Assembly (NCBI GenBank): GCA_973895155.1
Contig: OZ316894.1
Span: 9,833,440-9,897,439 of the forward strand
DNA from: Marsupella aquatica
Lineage: Eukaryota > Plantae > Marchantiophyta
Direction: 5' to 3'
DNA: 64,000 bases
Shown here: positions 50,653-63,174 of the stretch, piece by piece
How positions within the stretch are numbered: the first letter of the stretch is position 1
Layout: each line of letters starts with the position of its first letter
Position numbers and translations under genes: made by a program
The notes under the pieces: generated by a model
What the model saw: only the letters and a program-made list of their open reading frames with translations
What the model was told of the DNA's origin: nothing
The model's database searches: none

Positions 50653-53600
50653 TCACTCGTTTACTTTCTTCCTGTCACACGAAAGTATCTATATTGTTTG
50701 TTTATTGGGTTAAGAAAGTAACTGTAGTGTTTGCTTTTTGGGTTAAGAATAATATTTCTAAAGTTTTGTAAAAGAACATTAGTGTTTTTTACGAACCGGA
50801 AGCTCGGATGGACACACACGTTTGCTTGAACGACCCCGATGGACACAGACAAATTACAGTGTCACGACGACCTTCATTGACAGCACAAAATGCATTTCCG
50901 GTCTCTCATTAACGGAACTTAAGTGGGCTAGGTCTGTCATTAACGGAAGGTTAGTTGGCTGCGTAGTTTTTCCATCCTTCTTTCCTTGACCTGGCTGTCG
51001 ATACTTCCTGAGGTTGCCCACGTTCTGGGATGAGAAGCAATAAGGCAGGTTCGCACCAAGGCAGGTTCACACCTTGGCATGGCAGGGGAAGCAGATTGGC
51101 ATGGCACGGCTCTCGATTGAATGGATTGATCTCACGTTGGCATAGCAGGACTCTCAATTGAATGTGACTCTTGATTGAATGTGAGTCTCGAATGAATGTG
51201 AGTTGGCTGCGCTGCGAAATGGGGGACAGGGCCTAGCTGTGTTGCACTGCAGAAACGGGGGCCTCCACTGCGAACCCCACATGGCTTGCTGCGCTGCAAA
51301 ACGGGGGCCGGCTAAGCTATGCTGCAAAACAATGAGCTTGCTGCGCTGCTTGGATGCTTGGATGTGCTACGAACCTGAGCTGGACGACTGCTTTGCAATG
51401 CGACGTTCCTTAGTCAAAATGTGTATTCGCCAACTGAATTCCATCTTATCAGCAGCGCTCGACAGCACACATTGCTCAGAGTGCTGAGGTAGGGAGTTCG
51501 GGCGCAGCAGGAGGGGTAAATTAAATCAGGATCTTGCATGGATTGACTGTTCATGTCCAACTCATGGGCTTCGCATTTTTATTATCAGGAATAGACTTAA
51601 ACAGCAGACTTGTTTATTTTGTTGGTGAAAACATGCGATTGTGAGGATTCAGGCTACACACGAAATGTATGAAGCTTAGGATGCACCTGTTTTGCACTGA
51701 AAGCTTGATACTAAAGGCACAGGCTGTCCGTGATTGTAAATAGTCTGAATAATATACTTGACCTAAAAGCAGCGCACATACACCATGGACAGTTCTCAAG
51801 ATAACTCTGGTTCGGGACCTTGGCCATATACACACAATCACGAGGTGGAATGTCAATCCTATCACACCACTGATTCTGAGTATTCTAGCAACAACGCTGA
51901 AGAAGAATCACGGCCCACATTTGATGGCAATGACTGTACAGAAGGAAGCTTCAATTCTGAAGCATTCTCTGAAGGCCATACACAATTGAGAGATAACCCT
52001 GAGAGGAATCCACCTATTGATATCAGTGAGCTTGTTGAGGATGACTTCAATTATGAGTTAGATCCAGCGGAATCAGGTACAAACTATGTACCCCCAGTTC
52101 ATTCATTTTTCAGGATTTAATCAATTTTGGTTTCCCCAGTTTAACTATCACTGCGAATTGGCATGCAGGATTTGTGAACAATCATCAGCCATCTGAGTTG
52201 GAAGCAAAATTGCTGAAAGGCCAACAATATGTTACTTGGAATGAATTTAACAGAGCATTGGATGATTATGAGGCCAAAGCAGGATGGAGCTTCACCAGAT
52301 TTTCTCGGAATAAGACCAGATTCATGGGTAAGTGTAGAGGGTTTGATGTCAATGATTTGGACTCCTGCAAAGTTGAACTTTATGTGAGGCACATGAAAGA
52401 AAGTGGCAGAGTTTGCATACAAAAAAGCTACCTTATTCACACCTGTTCACAGTCATCGCACAAGTTCAGACATGGTGCTCATAAAAGACGATGGTTGGAG
52501 GAAAAGGTACAGTCCAGCATCCGTGTTAACCCGAACACGTCCAATAAGGACTTGAGAGGGCACATTCGTGACAACCATTCTGTAGATACTACGGTATGGA
52601 CTGCACAACGAACACGGTGGAAAGTCATTCGAAAGCTAGGTGGTGATCATGGCACATCCTTCCAGTTGATTCCAGCATATGTGGCTAAAGTGAAACATAC
52701 AGACCCTAGATCACACATATTCTATGAAACATATGAAATTGACAATTGATTCCGCAGAATTTTCATGGCACCAGCATCTTCACAAAATGCCTTCATCCAT
52801 GTTCGCCCTTTTGTTGGGATGGATGCTACACACACAGGTAATGCTAGTGAGAGAGAGTTTTTTCATCTTTCAGACAATAAGATTCAATTGGAATATATTT
52901 GACTCCCTGCATCAATAATTTATATGTTTGTCTTCTCTATAGGAGGCGAATTTCCCATGATTATATTGCTGGCTACAACTTTTGATTGTAACAACCACAT
53001 TCTACTCCTAGCATGGGCTGTTGTTGGAGTCGAGAACAAGGAAAATTGGATTTGGTTCATGGCTCATCTTGATCGAGCCTATCCTAGAATGAGGATGGAT
53101 AGACAGACTGTGATTGTCTCAGATCGTGATAAAGGCTTGATTCCAGCAGTTCAGACCATCTGGGGTGACATTCATCACTCATTTTGCACACGACATATTA
53201 GGGCAAATGTCATAACAAACTTAGACAAAGCACTTGGTGACTGGTTTCTTAAGGTATTTGATCTCATTTATAAATTTCATACAATGTGACCTTCTGCACC
53301 CACTTAATTCACTTTTTATGACTCAGTTTAATAGTTCAGATCACTCATAAGTCTTTTGACTGGTCAGTTGGCCCGTGAGGTTCGCAAATCCGAATTTGAT
53401 CGCATGTTGGATGAGTATACGCCACTGAATGATCGTCAAGAAGCTGGGATCAGATATATTCGAGGCATTGATCCAAAGTTGTACTCACGACATGCCTTTC
53501 CAGTACCAAGGTGAAACCCAACTGACATTTTCCAGCTTCTTTTTTACTGTCATGAGCTAGTAAGCCTTATCCACTTGCTGGTTTTGGTTTTTTGATGGTT

Positions 53601-53869
53601 TTACATGTTCGGTATGTAGGTGGGGTCATACTACGTCAAACGTAGTGGAGATCCTGAATGGAGTCATTAAGCCTATTTGCAAATTGCCTGCATTGCTAAT
53701 ATGCAAGGAACTGTGGGACTACACAATGATCAAGCATTACAGCAGAGCACTTGATGCCTCGAGTAAGTTATTCAGGTCCTGAATACTTACAATTTCTTCT
53801 TGCATGACTTCATTGTTGTGTGCATCCAAGTTTTTATTTATAGTGCATATGTGCATTGTAGTTTGGCCT

Positions 53870-54253
53870 TGTTGAGCATAGACGACGATCGCAACGGCAA
53901 GCCCATGAACCATCCAACGCATAATAGTCAACACAAGAGATACGTGGTTCACCTCCTTGAGGCTACGTCCACGGGAACACACAAGAGAGCTTTACTGAAC
54001 TCTAAGCCCGTCGGCTATACCGAGTCTCCACAGTGTAAGCTCTCCATATCTCTCAAGTGGCTCCATAACAATGAGCCTTGGTTCTACCTCTCCAAGCACA
54101 CATGCCTCTTATGATATAGTGTGCAACTTAGTTGTACCTAACCACATATTGTACCTAATCACGTAGTTGTACCAACCCACGTAGTTGTACCAACCCATGT
54201 TGTTGTACCAACCACGTCATACCTAACCTAGACGTAAGAGTAAATACCCAACA
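53870..54253 (-). repeat. 3' LTR (384 bp)
   Basis: Nearly identical to 59849-60251; adjacent to PPT. Confidence 0.95.
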
Positions 54254-54443
54254 ATCTTCCCCTTGACTCTGGTCTAGGGGAGAATAATACTGCCAATGTA
54301 TATGATCCCTCAGCGGGAAGTTCTGGACAAAAACCAAACCGGTTTCCCTCTCTAACTAGAGCAAACCAGAACTAAGCCATAGCCTAATACATAGGAATGA
54401 GGAAGAGCATATATCAGTAATTACAATGAATGTTAAGAAAACT

Positions 54444-57400
54444 CTACTTGTGATGCGATTGCAAAACCTGCAATACGTCACGGTGTCTAGAGAAACTCTC
54501 CAAAGGAATCACTTTGGTAAATGCGTCAGCCGGGTTGAGTTTACCATCAATCTTGACTAGCTCAAACAAATTATCAGACACAGCCTGCCTGATAAAATGG
54601 TACCTGACGTCAATGTGCTTCACTCTGCTGTCCATCACCTGGTTCACAGCAAGGTGGAGTGCACTTTGACTGTCACAATGGAGCTTCACATTGCCCTATG
54701 GCAATCCCATTTCAGTGATAAGTCTATCCAATTAAATCGCTTCCTTTGCTGCTTCCGCAGCTGCAACATACTCCGCTTCTGTAGTAGACTGAGCAATACA
54801 CTTCTACAAAGTAGACCTCCAACTTATGCATCCACCGCCAAGTGTGAACACGTATCCTGTTGTTGATCTCCTTCGGTCCAAATCTTGTCCATAGTCAGAA
54901 TCTACATAGCCAATCAATGATCTAGCATTCTTTGCATTCGCATCAAATAAAAGACCATGATCCACAGTACCCTTCAAGTACCTGATAATCCACTTCACTG
55001 CTTCCCAGTGTACCTTCCCTGGATTCGACATGTACCTGCTCACCTTGCCCATAGCCATGGCAAGATCAGGTCTAGTGCAAGTCATCAAATACATGAGACT
55101 CCCCACTGCCTTGTCATACGGAACCTTTGACATCAACCCCTTCTCTGTGTCATCCGTAGGACAGAACGCTGATGATAACTTGAAGTGTGGAGCCAACGGG
55201 GTACTTACTGGCTTGCTATTCCCCATGTTGAACCTTGCAATTACCTTCCTCGCATAACTGCTCTGCGTCAACCATAGCTTGCCAGCCTCCAAGTCCCTAG
55301 TGATCTCCATACCCAAAATCCTCTTAGCTGGCCCTAAGTCCTTCATCTTAAACTCTGCACTAAGCAGTGTCTTGAGCTTAACAATCTCAGACCTATCCTT
55401 GGCTGCAATTAGCATATCATCTACATAAAGTACTAAAACAATGAACCCAAAGACAATATTCTTCACCGGTTTCAAATACACACAAGGGTCAAATACACTT
55501 CTGTGAAAACCTTGTGACCGAATCCAATCGTCAAACCGCTTGTTCCACTGTCTTGGTGACTGCTTCAACCCATACAAGGATTTCAGCAATCTACAAACCA
55601 ATTCCTCTTGTCCTCTCTTCACAAAACCTAGCGGTTGTCTCATGAAGATCACCTCTTCCAATGTGCCATAGAGGAAAGCTGTGACAACATCCATCTGATC
55701 TAGCAGCAGACCAAACATTATAACAAGTACACACAATAGTCGTATTGTAGAGTACTTAGCAATTGGTGAGAAGACCTCATTGTAATCCACACCTTTCTCT
55801 TGTATGAATCCCTTTGCTACCAACCTAGCCTTGTAGACCTTCGATCCACCTCCTATGGAATTATCCTTCAGCTTGTAAATCCACTTGCTGTCCACCACTT
55901 GCTGACCCTTAGGCAGCTTAACAAGCTCCCATGTTTTGTTGTTCTTTAATGACTGCATATCCATTTGCATTGCTGCAGTCCACTTTTGCTTCTCCTTTGA
56001 AGCACTTGCCTCATGAAATGAAGAAGGTTCCCCTTCTTCCAAAATTAACACATCACCCTCATCATCAGCTGCAAAATTATCCTCTTGCAATTGAGATGAA
56101 TCAACCCACTGTCCATACCTTGGTGGAGCGCGTACAATGCGACCAGATGCTCTTCTAGCCGATGACTCCGGTTGATCTGCATATGTTGGTACAATTTGAA
56201 GCTCAACAGCATCCACTTGCTGCTCACCAGCATCAACAAACTCCTTTGGTTCCTTTGGCACAGGAACCAGCTCCATAATTGGAGCAACTCCTTCTCTCCG
56301 GTCATGCACCTCATAACCAATCTCCCCCTCAACGAGATCCGGGATAGGAGATTTTCCTTTGTCAGTATGGGAGACCTGAGTATTCTCCCCCTCCTTCAAT
56401 AATGTGGATTCATTGAAGGAAACATCCCTACTGACAACGAGCTTACAGGCAATAGGATCCGATAGCCTATAGGCTTTCACACCACTCTGGTACCCAAGAA
56501 AAACACATTTCTTGGAGGTAGAATCCAACTTGGTCCTATTCTGCTTTGGTGTGAGAACATATGCATCACTTCCAAAAACTACCAAGCCATGATAGTCTGC
56601 TTGCCGCTTATAGCGCATCTCAAACGGCGTTTTGAAATTGATAGCACTAGAAGGAGAAAGATTTACCAAATAAGCTGCGGTATTGACAGCTTCTGCCCAA
56701 AATTCTAGTGGTAAACCTGATTGGCTCAACATACTCCGTGATCGCTCCAACAGTGTCCGATTGAGCCTCTCAGTGACACCATTCTACTGCGGAGTATAAA
56801 CTGTGGTGAGATGGCGAGTTATCCCCTGTTCTGAACAGTACTCTTCAAATTCCATTGAAGTGTACTCCCCGCCGTTGTCTGACCTCAGACTCTTCACCCT
56901 TGTATCCAAACACTTGATCGTGTTTCCAGTCTGATTCTCCATCTGGGCCTTCCACCTCTTAAAAATGGACAAGACATCAGACTTATGCATCATGAAATAA
57001 ATCCACACAAATCTTGAGTAATCATCAATAAATGATACATAGTACAACTTTCCAGAGTGGGAGGGAGTCGGGGATGGACCCCACACGTCACTATGTATGT
57101 ACTCAAGAACCGCTTTGGAACGATGAGTTCCAACACCAAAAGCACGACGATGCTGCTTTCCAAGAATGCAATACTCACAGAACTCTAATTTACAAGATTG
57201 CAAATCAGAAATGAGTCCATTCTTCCGTAAGATAGCCAAACCCTTCTCACTCATGTGGCCTAGCCGTGAATGCCACAGTTGAGTCATCTCCTCATGAGAC
57301 TTGGTTACATTGGCCTCTCCACATACAGTATTGCCCTGTAACACATACAAATTCTTTTGTCTACTCCCCTTCAAAGTCACTGTCTCTCCCGACCTGACTT

Positions 57401-58694
57401 GTAGTTCACCATCAATAACGCTCCATTGATGATCATTTGAATCCAACACACCGAGTGAAATCAGATTCTTACTCATGCCAGGTACATACCTGACTCCGGA
57501 CACTATGCGCACAGCGCCATCAAACATTTGAATCTTCACAGACCCAATTCCCTCAATTTGACAGGAGTGATCATTTCCCATCAGAACTGAACCGTTTGAA
57601 ACAGAGTAAGAACTGAAAAACTCACGAATGTAACAAATATGAAAAGAGCAAGCACAATCAAGAATCCACACATCATCTGCTCTCCTAGATGACGTGCACA
57701 GGGCATACCCCCGGCTTCATAAAACATACTCATTATTGAGTAAATCAGCTTCTCCATCAGCCCTAGCTACATTTGCCGATGAAGTTTCCGTTGCCTTTCC
57801 CTTACAGTCTCGCTTGAAGTGTCCAACTTGGTTGCACTTCCAACATGTCACCTGCCTCCTCTGAGGGGATTTACCCTTGGACTTAGATCTGGATTTAGAT
57901 CTAAACTGGGTTCTACGGTCCCCAGTTGGTCGCTGCATACTCCTCCCACGGTTAACATTGAGGGCAGCACCAGATGATGAAGGCTGTGACGTGATGTGCA
58001 TCTTCTGCTGAAGATCATCACTAAGCAGAGAACTTGCCATGTCATTGTATGAAATGGTATCCCTATCACGATGCAACAACACTCGTGATAGGGACTAGTA
58101 AGATGGAGGCAATGAACTAAGAAGCTGCAGAGCCTTCGTCTCATCATTCAAAGTCTCTCCAAGGTTTTCCAAGTCAACGACCATGTCGTTGAAAGCATCC
58201 ACATAGTCTTGCAACTTCGTACCGGATTCCTTCATCCTGAAACTCATCAGTTTGTAGGATCCTAAATCCTTATGTGCACCCAACTGCTTGATGATGGGAG
58301 GCATGAGATAGAGTGTAACACACCACACTCCCTGCTCCTACATGCGGTCCCATTGTTTCTCATCAACATCGTCTTCACGAGGGCTCAGTAGTTGGCCCAT
58401 CCCTGACGCATAGAGCACTCCCTTCACCTGCTTCTCCCATAGCAAGTAGTCAGAGCGCCCATCATACTTTGTCACTTCATACTTGGGTCCCCCAAGCTTG
58501 AAAGTCCCCATCTTCTTCTTTGGCACTACCGTGAGCTCTGGTAGTAGTACTGCTTCCTCCACCACACGCCGCACCGGTGATGGTATCGGTGTCACATGCT
58601 CTTCCTCCTGCTCCTCTCTCTGCCCCTGAAACCGCCGCGGTGATCCTTGTGCTTCAAGTTCCACGTCTTCGAAAAACTCCTCCGAATCACTCAT
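54444..58694 (-). pseudogene. Copia gag-pol polyprotein with stops and frameshifts
   Basis: KYDGRSDYLLW and CWKCNQVGHFKRDC (gag); WILDCACSFH (protease, DSG altered); LWHSRLGH, HSDVWGP, RSDNGGEY (integrase); YKARLVAKG, LYGLKQSPRQW, YVDDMLI (RT); YVDSD, KHIDVRYHF, NPADAFTK (RNaseH). Stops at 58338, 57717, 56784 and 54804. Confidence 0.95.
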
Positions 58695-59848
58695 ATGAGA
58701 AAATCACAAAAAATGTTGTTTTTCACAACTTCTCAAAAAACTCAAAAACTCAACACCGCCGCGTAGCCCACAAAGCTAGGAGTCCAATACTGAAAACCGA
58801 AATCAAAATTGAAATTTGACAGAAAAGTTATTCAAATTTCGGTCGAGGTGGGTAAAACCTTGGGAAACTCCCCCGTTTTGACCACCTCAGGGAATAACCG
58901 AAATACCAAGTACAACCCGTTGTCGGAATTGCGATGTGATTGGTGCGCCGCGTTGCCAAATTCAATGGCTACGACCTCGCCAAAAAAAAACCAAAAAAGT
59001 TACCATTCGGCGGACGAAATCTTTATCGGACGGTCAAAAAATAGTTCTCTGGTTTTTTGGAATATTCTATGACCCTTGTACAGGCCCTGTGGGAATTTTG
59101 GAAGAACAATCGAGGGGCTGACACGTGTCCTCGAACCCCCAAAACCCCCTACCACCCTTCGTCGTCAAAATCTGGTCGCGAGCGCAGAAAATACACAGGG
59201 CAGAATGTACCCCTCGACACCAAACGCAAGATATGTCACTCGGGTTTTGACGAAATCAAGATCTGATTTCAGATTTGGAAACTAGACTCTGAGACGGTGA
59301 AGATCAATATAAGAAGCACCCAAAACGAGGAAAGAACGAGGGAGAAAAAAATTGGTAAAGATGACAGATTTCTCTCAATTGCCATAGCCAATTTCGAATA
59401 AGTTTTTTCAAAGAGAAAAAATGGTACCTTGTCAACAACGAATGTTGATCAATTGCACTTGGTGCCGTCACCAAGTCCAACAAGGTAATTGATTTTGCTT
59501 AGCCTTCCTCTTTGCATCAAAGAGCCAATCTCGGACTCAAAACAATCGTCTTGCCTCAATCTCTCCGTTGAGTCAAAACACTTGACGCTTCTCCCTCCGA
59601 GTCAATTGCCAACTTTTTTCACAAAATCCAGAACGACGAAAACTTAGATCTCTCTGCACCACGAGCTCCGTTCAGCGATTTCTTCACACCGTTAGAAAGC
59701 TCTTGCCCCGATCTATCCGTTGAGCCCATAAACTCCAAGTTCTATGCAACGGAACTCCGAGAAATCCACCGACACTCAACGCTGGAAAAACTGTCATGAA
59801 ATCCCGTCACGAACACACGTCACCTCCCAATCATGCTCTGATACCAAT

Positions 59849-60251
59849 TGTTGAGCATAGACGACGATCGCAACGGCAAGCCCATGAACCATCCAACGCA
59901 TAATAGTCAACACAAGAGATACGTGGTTCACCTCCTTGAGGCTACGTCCATGGGAACACACAAGAGAGCTTTACTGAACTCTAAGCCCGTCGGCTATACC
60001 GAGTCTCCACAGTGTAAGCTCTCCCTATCTCTCAAGTGGCTCCATAACAATGAGCCTTGGTTCTACCTCTCCAAGCACACATGCCTCTTATGATATAGTG
60101 TGCAACTTAGTTGTACCTAACCACATAGTTGTACCTAATCACGTAGTTGTACCTAACCACGTAGTTGTACCAACCCACGTAGTTGTACCAACCCATGTTG
60201 TTGTACCAACCACGTCATACCTAACCTAGACGTAAGAGTAAATACCCAACA
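59849..60251 (-). repeat. 5' LTR (403 bp)
   Basis: Adjacent to tRNA-iMet PBS; carries one more ~18-bp GTAGTTGTACC(T)AACCAC unit than the 3' LTR. Confidence 0.95.
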
Positions 60252-61331
60252 GGCCTGCAGGTGAGAATAGCTTGACTCAACATGCAACATGGATGTTGAA
60301 TACATTGTACACAAAAGCCGGGGGGGTGGATGAGCGTCCATCATCAGCCACAACAGCATTGATGTGTGATTCCCAAGTACAATGGGCCCTAGATGTGGAA
60401 TCTAGACAATGTGAATGCAGGGATTGGGTTGAGATGGGGTTTCCATGTGTTCATGCAGTGAAGTTTTGTTGCAATCGTGGATTGGATGAGACATTATACA
60501 TTGACAACATTTGGAAAGCTAAATCACAGGTTAGTAGGGTTCATGATAGTTGCACCTTGTTTACACTTCATTTCAATTGCATTGTCAATGTGAGATGCAT
60601 TCATTCCATTGACATTTATAATTGGCCTGCAAGTACTGGCTTATACTGTGAGTCTTCCCCCAATTTCATTAGATGGATTACAGCAAGATGCAAAGTCTCT
60701 TCAGCCTCTTGTTGTTGCATCTAAGAAGAAGGCGTCTGCGTCAATGAAGCGAATGAAATCCAGGTAATTCTTGTTCAAATTTAAGCAAATGAATTCCATC
60801 TTCAAAAATCAGGCATCCCTTCCTAACTATGGAAAATTTGAATATAGGTTTGAGCGCATCATTGCTTCCGAGCGCATTGCAGCCAAACAACACCAAAAAT
60901 GTGGTATTTGTGGCAAACCAGGACATAATCGTCGAGGATGTGTTGTCCCAAACCAAAGAGCACAAGTCCGCATGAACAAGTCTGCTGACTTTTTGGGGGT
61001 GTGTTCCATTCACACAATGGAGCGGGACAAGATTGAGGCTGAATGGATAATTTGGGATACCAGACCTGCACCCAAACTGTCTTTTTCTCAATGGTATGAG
61101 CAGACACAACAAAGTAGGGAACTATAGGACAGTTTGTATGATTTGATTTGGTCATACACAACATTAAACAGGGAATCATTTAAATCAATAAGGTATGGAC
61201 TATGTACTGGTTAATAAACCAGAGTTGTGACCTTGGTTGTGGCCCCGGTTGTGGCCAAACGTCAAACAAATTACATATCTTTAACCATGCTATATTGAGA
61301 ACGCAATTCATCCAAATACTCTTTTGACCGC

Positions 61332-62324
61332 CTAACTTCGATCTGCCTCCTTTGCTGCAAGCTCGTCCTCACACTTTTCAATCAAGCTGTGTAAATGACT
61401 CAGGTATGCTAAGCGTAGGTTATGGTGACTGCAGTCATCTGTATCACTCTTTGGAGTTTGACCATCTCCAATGTCAAGCTGATGCAAAGATTGATCCAAA
61501 CCATGTACATCATCACTCTCACACTGCAAATCAGAGGTCGTGACAGGGATTGGCCTGATGATATTGTGTGAGTCTGGACCCCCATACTCCTCGTATGAAG
61601 AAGCAAAAACACCCTTCCCAACATACCGGATTTCATGCTCAGGGGAGTATGTTGGTGTTGAATTTGATGCATAACCTGTAGTGACAAGCTGACCTCGAGA
61701 GGGTGTGGCCTGAAATGAACATGCATTTGTTACAGTCATGCCAATAATGAACCAAGCTGGATCACCCTCCTGCCCCGCCGACTGCTGAAATACTATCTCA
61801 AAAATGAAGTATATGCCAACAAGGTTCTGCATGCGTGAGCGAAGAATGTCACGCTACTGCAAAAAGGGTAGTACGCTGAACTCAGCCGCATCATATGAAG
61901 AGGGTCCAACCCTCAGGATGTCATTGCCCACATCCCACACTGCACACTCCACGGCCTGTACATTGTCTGTAATGACCACCCGAAACCGCCAGAACCAAGT
62001 TGTTGTGTTTCGGTTGTCACATGGACCATTGTGACTTGAAGGGTACTGCCCACCATGTAGGTCCAAAGAACGGGATGGAGCTGTAGATCGTTTGCACAAT
62101 TTACTTGAGTTACGCACCTTTTGTCCACAACCCAAATAAGTGAAACACCCCAGCACAGGGAGGATGTGAGTCAATCGAGTTCGCACGTGTGCGTGAATCT
62201 GTGCCCCATATGGCAAGTCTTGCCCACAAGCAAATATGGAATCCAACGTCTGGATTCCAGTCATGCGACTCATGCGATTATGTTGAGGTTTTGGCATCCT
62301 ACAATGCATCATGTACAAAACCAA
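61332..62324 (-). pseudogene. RPA70 C-terminal-like OB-fold protein with acidic tail; one premature stop at 61854
   Basis: ORFs 61854..62324 and 61332..61832 share a frame. FTYLGCGQKV...WFWRFRVVITDNVQAVECAVWDVGNDIL...NLVGIYFIFEIVF follows the Rep_fac-A_C pattern. Confidence 0.5.
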
Positions 62325-62609
62325 CCATGCTCAATGGGATGCTAATGGGATGATGATGTCCATGAACATGCTACTTGGCATATATATTGTGACATAGACA
62401 GGCAAGGGGCGGTTACATTTGGGCCTTCAAAAGCAACTTGGATTAACAAACACAATTGACAAGGTAGTGCAGTGCATGATTGTCACAAATACAAACCCAA
62501 CTTCAAATAATTATTGTGTTCAAAATGAACATGCAATATAATAAGTGCATCCGTAATAGAGAAAGTGCATGTTACAGTAATAAATGAGAAAGTGAACTAA
62601 ACCTCTACC

Positions 62610-63173
62610 CTAAATAGACACAAAGTTTTCAGTCCATTCATCACTGGTGATGTAACAGATTTGTTGAATGACATGGTGATCCTGCCTAAGGTACCCAACT
62701 CCTAATTCTAACATCACATCTAAACTCCATCCTGCAAGCCACCATTTAGGACGAGGACCAGGTCCTGATAGTATAGGCCCTAATGCCCTCCAATAATCTG
62801 ATGAGTCAACCACATGTATCCAACCTGTATTAACGCATCTAATAGACATGATGTCCTCAGCCTGGCAGGGAAATGACAATCTTGGCCAAATATGGGTGAG
62901 GACGACATCATTTGGCAAAGGAGGGAGGAGGTGGGTAAGCTGAGTACACCGAATCCCCTCCCCTTCACCTGGGCCCTCTGCCTCATCCAGGGTTGCATAT
63001 AGCTTGACACCAGATTGATTGCCAGAATGCAGAGCAGGCTTAGGTACTGGGTTGTGGACGTCTTTCAGTACAGCAAGACTGGGAAAATGCCCTGCAATGA
63101 ACCTAATGAATGCATAGATCTGAAACATGACATTGAAAATCATGTGTAGTAGAGTTGTAAAAACCCAGGCCAT
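62610..63173 (-). CDS. Small protein with hydrophobic N-terminus and internal F-box-like motif
   Basis: ATG at 63173 (MAWVFTTLL); LLPPLPNDVVLTHIWPRL...IMSIRCVNTGWIHVVDSSDYW fits the F-box consensus LP.D...I..RL...R.V...W. Confidence 0.6.
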   Translation of the reverse strand: MAWVFTTLLHMIFNVMFQIYAFIRFIAGHFPSLAVLKDVHNPVPKPALHSGNQSGVKLYATLDEAEGPGEGEGIRCTQLTHLLPPLPNDVVLTHIWPRLSFPCQAEDIMSIRCVNTGWIHVVDSSDYWRALGPILSGPGPRPKWWLAGWSLDVMLELGVGYLRQDHHVIQQICYITSDEWTENFVSI

Positions 63174-63174
63174 G

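Larger units (their letters stand above)
53870..60251 (-). mobile_element. Ty1/Copia LTR retrotransposon (Tork/Tnt1-like), 6382 bp
   Basis: LTRs at 53870-54253 and 59849-60251; TSD GGCCT on both sides; PBS TGGTATCAGAGC (59846-59835); PPT AAGGGGAAGAT next to the 3' LTR. Confidence 0.97.
51785..61127 (+). pseudogene. MuDR/MULE transposase (MULE DDE, SWIM, zinc knuckle), multi-exon, premature stop at 52747, Copia in an intron
   Basis: VGMDATHT, NNHILLLAWAVVGVENKENWIWF, IVSDRDKGL, HSFCTRHI, TTSNVVEILNG, CECRDWVEMGFPCVHA, CGICGKPGHNRRGC; in-frame DN*FRRIF. Confidence 0.9.

Noticed and set aside
53737-54337. Short ORFs repeated at 42.4, 53.8 and 59.8 kb
   Set aside because: Chance frames inside the LTR; their similarity reflects LTR homology.
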